DNA of 60,306 bases, filler included, from Sluysia triapertura (taxonomy: Eukaryota): assembly GCA_046118255.1 (NCBI GenBank). It is 5 parts of 5 records of this genome, joined end to end, with 100 filler letters (N's around TTAATTAATTAA, not from the genome) between each part and the next. Parts side by side here need not be neighbours in the genome. Positions count along the whole stretch, not along the records: positions 47,896 to 60,306 come from JBJNIA010112200.1; 4 more parts are not named here. The stretch is one strand, 5' to 3'. Each line of letters opens with the position of its first letter. Within the stretch, counting starts at the first letter, position 1. Both the position numbers and the translations under genes were made by a program. Below the pieces are notes generated by a model. The model saw nothing but the letters and a program-made list of their open reading frames with translations, ran no database searches and was not told where the DNA came from. Shown one piece after another: positions 52,901 to 60,306 of this stretch.

Positions 52901-53499
52901 AATAAACAAAATAAATTAGAACTTTCTTTTCGTTTTTGAAGACAACTATCTCTTTTGATAAATGAAAATTCCTAATATAATTTAAAATGATTTAAATCAA
53001 AGTATAACTCCGTAATCGTTCATCTTAATCTATAGGCAGTAAAGGTTTAACTATTGTTCAAATATGAAAATCTAAAAATTTCTAATTCCAAAAATGAGCA
53101 ATACGTGAAAAATGTTTCAGTTAGACATATATTTTGAAAACTTCAAAACCACCGCATTTAATATAATTGCTGGTAGTACTAAAGATACGCTTGAAAATGT
53201 TTACTGATACCTTCATATTGTATTATTAATGATTATGTACTGAGAAAAAGTACAAAGATATGCATGACTAACAATCCATATACCTATGCAAGTTTAAACT
53301 GATTTTAAGAAATAATTCAATTCCATAAGTGATACTTATTGTGCACCACCACTGAATCTAGCCTATTATTGGATGACGCTTATAATTGACACCCTCATTT
53401 AAAGTGTCAAATTCAATATAAAAAATATCTTAAAGATACATACCAAAAACTGTAATATCAAAAAGTATGCGATTATAGAATTGTATCAGTAGAGATATT

Positions 53500-53750
53500 A
53501 AGTTGAATGTTAAGATATCTGACCTCTGTTGTAACCAATTACATCACTAGATGTTTGTCCAGCATTTCTCAATAGGTATTTTTGCTTCATGATGACGCAA
53601 GACCACATATTGCAATAAACAATAGACAATAGATTTAATTAATACAGTAGCTGCAGTCCAGATATTGAACAGATTTGCTCGATGTAGCACTTCTTAGAAT
53701 TTGAAGCTACAGATGACTTAAAATTGACATTGGCTAGATATTTAGGTGCC
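53500..53750 (+). mobile_element. Mariner transposase remnant
   Basis: LLHDDARPHIA resembles mariner LLHDNARPH. Confidence 0.55.
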
Positions 53751-54344
53751 AAAATCAAAATGTCAAAATTATTTTTTAATTCTCATTTTTTTAAAATTTA
53801 AAAATATTTCAATATTCAAAAAAATCTGTATTATAAGAAATTATTTCTTGAAATTTTGAAACTAAATGTAGAATATTTAAATGATGATTTAGCAGCAAAT
53901 ATTTATTAAACAAATAATTAATTACAAAATTAGTTTTAGGAATTTTCAATAATCTTAATTATTTATTAATACCGCTAGTTTTGGTTTCATAATTTCTTGC
54001 ATTTCTGGATGCGATTTCTGGATACAAAATAATTTTTATTGAGAAAAATATTGTGATTTTTCAACTTTTAATAAGCATTTAAAGCAAGCTCCTTTTTGTT
54101 TACTTTTTCTAAATTAAATCAACTTTCATGTATAAAAATATTACATTTTTTCAATTAAGAATAGTTTTATTTGAAACTAAATATTCCTTTCTTCAAAATT
54201 TTATAATCCTTTGAATCCTGAATTCTTTTGCCAAATGTTTTGTTATTACATATTTAACAGTGTAACCAAATAAGCAATGATTACATAACCTATTTTAGCT
54301 ATATATGTGGTCATTAAGGTCCAAAAACGTATTCGTATCGTGTT

Positions 54345-54463
54345 ATGTGGGACTCCCCGTAAAGCGCGATACGTAACTTTCGCGTTATAATAATTATAAC
54401 TGAATACAAAACATAGAACAATAACAGTTCAATAGGAGGTCGCGTTATATGGGTATCCACTGC
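54345..54463. mobile_element. Degenerate Tigger-like MITE (similar at ~49321-49389)
   Basis: GTGGGACTCCCCGTAAAGCGCGA ... TCGCGTTATATGGGTATCCACTG imperfect TIRs. Confidence 0.45.
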
Positions 54464-55943
54464 ATGTGTAACTAATAGGCTGAAGCAAACTCATATATAA
54501 CTGAAAAATGCTCACTAATCCATTAAAGAATGTATCCAGTGTAAATATATAATCAGGTTATCGAAATTTTTCGTTTTTTAATTTTTCTCATTTTAGTAAT
54601 CAAAAATACTCGCAGTTACACAGTAATTACGACACAAGTTTGATAGTAATTTTTGATAGAAAGTTACTGAACACATTGTTTGTGGGAAACGAATTAACAC
54701 ATTCTGCACGTAGCATTGCTAGTGTGCGGGAGCCAACAAAACTCGGATTTTACGAATAAGTGGTTGGTTGTAATTATAATAAATAAATTATCATAAGATA
54801 AAAAACGTCCAAAAAATGCCCCCTTTTCAGCTTAGATTGGGATAAAATAGCCCGCATAGAATGTGCTAATGTGCATCTATTGGGTACCTATCCTCGTTTT
54901 AAAATTAAATATTGAAAATAAACTGCTTATGATAAAAAGGAGCATAATGTTTAAAAAAATCAGGTTAGTGCATAATGTATTTTAAAAATGAATAATTTTA
55001 TGCACCATTAATAATACTATTAATAATTATGGAAAATTATAATAATCATGAATTCCAACATTCTTCACTGAGAAATACTACATGTAACAGAATATTAATT
55101 TTCTACAATCAAAATCGTATCTTTTATCTGAATGATTAAACACGATAAATAACTCTGGGTACAATATTCAGTTGTCTCTGATAAGATAAAATCATTGAAA
55201 AACTAAAAACGAATATTATTAATCATATTAATATAGTATGGTAGTTATAAATCATGTATTTTTAATAAACTCAAAATAAAAAATTGAAATTTTGAAAAAA
55301 ATTACTTAGCACATTTCATATTGTAATGTTATTTTATAAAATTTCATTGATTTTTTAATTATTTTATTTTTTTCGAATAAAATTTAAGATTCATTTTGTA
55401 TAAGTTTAATTTTTAATATCTTTCTCTAATAAAAAATTTACTAAATATATTATGCAATATTTTCCGTTTATGTATCACATGCAATACACATTTTAATTTT
55501 CTGAATTTGATACTTCATCTGATGAAAAGAAAGACTTCTTCAGACAATGCTTTTGAACTTAAAGAAAATATAATAATTTGGAATAAAAAATTTATAATAC
55601 TTAACTAAGAAAGAAAAGCCACATATTGAACAGAAGTACTGTTTTAATACAAAAAATAAAAATGATAGCAATCATTATAATGTTCAAATTAATAGAACTA
55701 AAACAGATGCAAATGAATTATGTGCTCAGAAATTGAAAATTAAAAAATTATTGGTCATACTATCACTGAAGAATAATGTATTAGCTGTTATAACACTATT
55801 TAATAGTTTGTTGAAGGCTATTCAAAATCATGTGCGATATTTACGATTTGAATTATAGTAGTGAATATAATATTCCAAATAAAATTCGTTAAAATGTTCT
55901 TTTTACGATCACCTAAAATACAAAGTATACATAATCTTTGTCT

Positions 55944-56225
55944 TTACGGTAATCCTACGTATAAGTCGCGCTTATCTGAGAATAAAAGTTGCTTTTTTAA
56001 AATCTTTCTGCGACTTATACACGGAATTTTAAACAGAAAAAAAACTTTAGTTTGTGAAAAGCGAAGTTTAACATAGTTTTTAAATAATGATTTAATAGGG
56101 TGACCTTTATAAAGTTAAAAAGAATCATTAAACTGACATATAAATGTATATTTAAATGTTTCCATGGATAAGCCGCGGCTTATCTACTGAAAAAGAACAG
56201 GTGTGGCTTATATGCGGGATTTTAA
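55944..56225. mobile_element. Tc2/pogo-like non-autonomous remnant
   Basis: Repeated TATAAGTCGC / GCGACTTATA / GCGGCTTAT subterminal motifs. Confidence 0.5.
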
Positions 56226-56643
56226 ATATACTTTATATAGTTTAACAGTGTCAATTCAAAAAATTAAAGAATGTAAATTTATAAATTCAAACATTTGCAA
56301 CTCTAATAGAAAAAAAATTGAAAGCATTCACAATATAAAATATTATACCTTAATTAAGATTTAAATTATTTGAGTTTATAATAAACGAATAATTATGATA
56401 TTAATAAGTAAACATTTACAGTTAATTATTGGCACAATTCACAGATTTAAAATAAAATATTGCTTAAGTATTTATTCCACTTTAATCACACTAATAAAAT
56501 ATTATATTTTATTACAACTTAAGTAAGTCATAAAAGTCGAATATTCAAAATCACTTGAACAGACCTTATTTGTTATTTACAAATGGCATAGCTAAGCAAT
56601 AAATTGTTTATGAAAGTTTAAAAACAGATTTTTTGTGTATTAA

Positions 56644-56766
56644 CCTTCCGTCACTAGTTATTTTGTAGTAACATGTTACATGAAAATAGTTTGTATATGG
56701 TTGGATGAAATTTTTTTAAATATTTATACATACTTTTTAAAAGCATGTTTTTTTGGTAGCGGAAGG
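56644..56766. mobile_element. piggyBac-type MITE, 123 bp
   Basis: TTAA-CCTTCCGTCAC ... GTAGCGGAAGG-TTAA. Confidence 0.75.
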
Positions 56767-57550
56767 TTAATGCAACATTGGTCAAGTATAATATGCATAG
56801 TATTCAAAAGCGCGTTTAAAGAGGATTATGAACATTTCTGGCAACAGTAATAATTATCCAAATGCTGAATACTGCATTAGTAATCACTTTTCATTCAACG
56901 TGAAGCATGGATTTGGTGCAATCTTGACACAATTAATAAAAATATAGTTGAACATTCGCCGAAGTCATCTTACCAATTAAAATAATTTTTAATGACACGT
57001 GCAATATATATTCTATTTTGCATTTTGTAATCTTATATTAAGTTCGTAATTCTATGCTTATTTTATAAAATTAAGATCTAGATTATTCATTTATAACAAG
57101 GACTATAGAGATGTGCCTTGTTTAACGAAACAAATAAATAATCTTTTTCAAAAAGGAGATGGATAGGAAAAAAATTCAATATCTATAATTTAAAATACAT
57201 AATTTTAAAAAAATTTCGTTTCAATTTCTTTTTGTACATTCGAAATAGATATTTTTAAAATTAGTTTTCCTAATAGTTTATTGAGCATATTAAAACTAAT
57301 ATTCAAATGTAGTACTATTAAGCAACCACATTGAATTAAAAATTGCACAAAAATAAATTATATGAATTCAATGAATTAGTTTATTTCGGAATTTTGTTAT
57401 AAAGTAGGTTATTACCAAACGGCTTAGCGTTATATTAGCATAAAATTAAATTACAAAAACTCAGTTTCCTTTTTTAGCTTAGAATTAAAATTTGAGTACA
57501 CAAATGATAAATATCCATCCGATCATTATTTTAATTAGAAATATTACTTT

Positions 57551-57987
57551 TTAATCAACATAAACCAAAGCTAACTCATCAATATAATCCAAATTATTGT
57601 TAGAGAAAGACAGCCAACAATTTGTAAGTAACGAATTTTCTTTGAATGAGGTTTGAGTAAAATTACTTTCGAAGAAGTCGCTAGAATCTGGAGATGACTC
57701 TAACGTTTGTGGCACATTATGAGAATTTAAATCCGATTTTACTGATGATATAGTATTAAACATTTTATCAATTTCCATTAATCTATTTTCTAAAGACGGA
57801 TATAGAGGAATATCTGATATGATATTGAAATCGGAAGTGGATAAAACCGGTGGTGGATAACCAGCAATATTGTGATGATGATGTGCTAAAAGACGATTTT
57901 GGTAATTGTACAATGGATTGGAAATTATGTTGATATTTGGTACAAAAAGTTTTTTTGAAAGAACTGGCTTCTGAATATTTGATATAT
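57551..57987 (-). CDS. Probable terminal exon of an unidentified host gene (HHHH, YPPPV, acidic Ser-rich tail)
   Basis: ~145 open codons from an AG at 57988-57989 to the stop; protein-like composition; acceptor is weak. Confidence 0.5.
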
Positions 57988-58929
57988 CTAATTCTGCGTG
58001 AGGATCATGCTATAATTATAAAAAGAATTAAGTTTCGATATTTTATTGATACTTATATATGTATAAAAAGTATAGTATCTCAAAAGTATCACAGCAAAAT
58101 GCGTTTTTATGGTTATAGATGACAAAATCTTGAAATATTTATATGTGAAGAAAAATTTTATATAATGAGCACTGCAAGGTAAACAAAGATATCTTTAAAC
58201 CGTAGATTAAGTAACCATTAAAGTTTGTTTATAATTTTAAAATCAAATAATACAGTCTAATTATCACTGTTCAACTCAATAACACCCATCATTGATTAAT
58301 TAACTTACTCATGCAATTTTCATAAAACTGTTCTTTTAGACATTTAATCCTTTAATTTCTGTTCTTTAGATAAGCTGTTGCTAACGTCATCTTCTAACCT
58401 CATAAATTTGTTTACAATATTAATCTGAATTCATAGTCTGATTATCATTAAAAAATTTATAAACACACAAAGCACAAATTTCCTGCTTTGGGAGTCGATA
58501 AACTTTTGTCTTTATGAGAACCAAAATTTAGATCCTCCATTGTCAAAACAAACTCATTTCTATCATAAGTGAAAAGGGACTTATAATTACCGAGTTTCAA
58601 AAATATACCAAAAGCATGAAGAAGCAAACGAATGCATTTCGAAATTATTTCCAAAATTATTTGCGATTTCTGACTCAATTAATAACTTAAAATATTATCT
58701 ATCAAAGATGGTCTTTCTGAAAGTTTTAATTTAAATCTCAAAATTTGTGGTACGAAATTTGAACTTTTTCTGTCATTTAAATTGCCAAACAACATATATT
58801 TTCTTCCACCTTAACGACTCAATATAAATTGGCAATATCGAATTGGATAAGAATAATGGGCCATTCTATAAAAAGTATTTTTTATAAAAACAGTATTTTT
58901 TACTTAGATAATGAAACTTGATCGATAGC

Positions 58930-59850
58930 TATTTCTGTATGAGTAGGTGTGTTAAAATATTTCAATTATACCAATATTGATATTATTGATATCGATATAC
59001 TTAGAGTTTGAGATAATTTTTATTGTACTATATATAAGTTTATAAGAAAATATTCTATTTGTTTTTAGAAACTTGTTGATGTACATGTGAGATTTTGTTT
59101 GCTTAACACGTTTAATGCCATAGGGGTCACCGGTGATCGGCGAAGCCAAGATTATTATAAACACATACCTCGAGTAAATTTTTAATGCTTTTACTTTTTT
59201 ATATTATTATCGTTACTAAAATTCATACTGAGAAATTCATTTTGGCAAGCCATGTAAAATTAACGTAGCATTCAATATGTTAAATTTAGTTTTACGTTGC
59301 TTTTATTAAAAAGAAGATAAAAATTAACTTTTAAAGACAATTTCGACTTATCGAAGACCTTGTTTGACTTTTAGTGTCTATTGTCAATAATGATCACTAA
59401 AATTTTTATTAAAATTGCAATGCAATTAGATTTTAAACATTTTAACTTAGAATTGCATTATAATTAAATAACTAGTCTTTAATTTCTTTTAAACTTTTTG
59501 TACAATTTGTACACAGTAATTCAAATTCAAATATTATGATAAAAAGGATCAAAATGAATATCTAGATCAATATATTTACACATCAGAATAGATTTCAGAT
59601 ATACAAAGACATAAAACCAGATTTTTGAAGAACTGCACTTGGTTACAATATGAAATCAAACTTTTAGAAAGTAAACAAAGTTTAATGAGAAATATTCGAA
59701 AGCGTAAATTTCCAGTTTGTCTAACAGAATACACAGTTTTTAGACAATACAAACACAAGTATTAAATTAGCTTGCGCGATAAAATAAAGTGAGGATCATC
59801 GCACATACAATTCATACATCTTTGTATATGAAAGAAACTAAAATTAATTG
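58930..59850 (+). pseudogene. Probable orphan-family copy, heavily decayed
   Basis: AAATTGCAATGCAATTAGATTTTAAA (~59411-59437) vs CGAATGGAATGTAATACATTAGATTTTAAG in copy C; G-x8-KHI spacing like G-x8-KNI. Confidence 0.5.
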
Positions 59851-60306
59851 TTGACTCCAAAAAACGTACTGTTTAAAATTTAGATTTATGAATAAAGAGA
59901 AAACTGCTTTTAAAATGTTTGAAAAATAACAAGGCACATTGAATGTAAAGTTTTTTCAAATATCAATATTTTTGAAATTATCTTAATTTGTGGTCTATTT
60001 CAAATTAAAAAAATCATTCTTAAATAAATCCCCGAGGAAATTTGAAAACATTAATTAGTTACAGCAAATATGATTATTTTTATTGTTAATATAAATAAAT
60101 TTAACAAAATGAAGCAGATTTTGTTCAACAAGATTATATTTACTTACAAAAAACAGTATAAATGAAAAGTGAACATGATACAATAGTAAATTTACCAAGA
60201 GCAATAATTATCCCAAATCATTTAATCAAAATGATAATATAAATATAAACATTTATATAAATGTATGATATAAAAATCATTTGATATTTTAATGTCTTTC
60301 ACTGTC

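Noticed and set aside
58000-58900. Possible DNA-transposase remnant (also 10280-10560 and 32520-32700)
   Set aside because: Motifs too degraded to assign
1-60306. rRNA, tRNA or prokaryotic operons; naming the species
   Set aside because: None recognisable; the sequence supports only an AT-rich animal genome

Overview
Very AT-rich animal (metazoan) genomic DNA from a draft scaffold with six N-gaps. Four of the gaps are 100-bp spacers with an artificial TTAATTAATTAA core. Host coding sequence is sparse: an intact last exon of a ZIP9/SLC39A9 zinc transporter, several spliced low-complexity exons and one small orphan ORF. Most of the window is decayed transposable elements (L2/CR1-type LINE in 7 pieces, an R2/NeSL-type REL retroelement, Tc1/mariner, pogo/Tigger, hAT, piggyBac-type MITEs) plus (AAT)n microsatellites. 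The main discovery is a dispersed family of roughly 2-2.5 kb intronless cassettes, with about 6 good and 4 fragmentary copies on both strands. They encode an orphan protein with no domain I can recognise; one copy is intact (504 codons, 25192-26706). Four copies share a 5' module of two inverted repeats: an ACCRYCATC...GATGRYGGT hairpin spanning 62-63 bp where complete, and an inverted CCAAT-box pair with a compensatory base change. A candidate 3' end motif is also present. This looks like an unclassified mobile element or endogenous virus-like family. Second highlight: a hAT transposase split by a ~1.65 kb insert carrying co-oriented pseudogenic pieces of 14-3-3, FAM151 and possibly a JmjC gene. 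All homology calls were made by eye with no database search, and boundaries of decayed elements are approximate.
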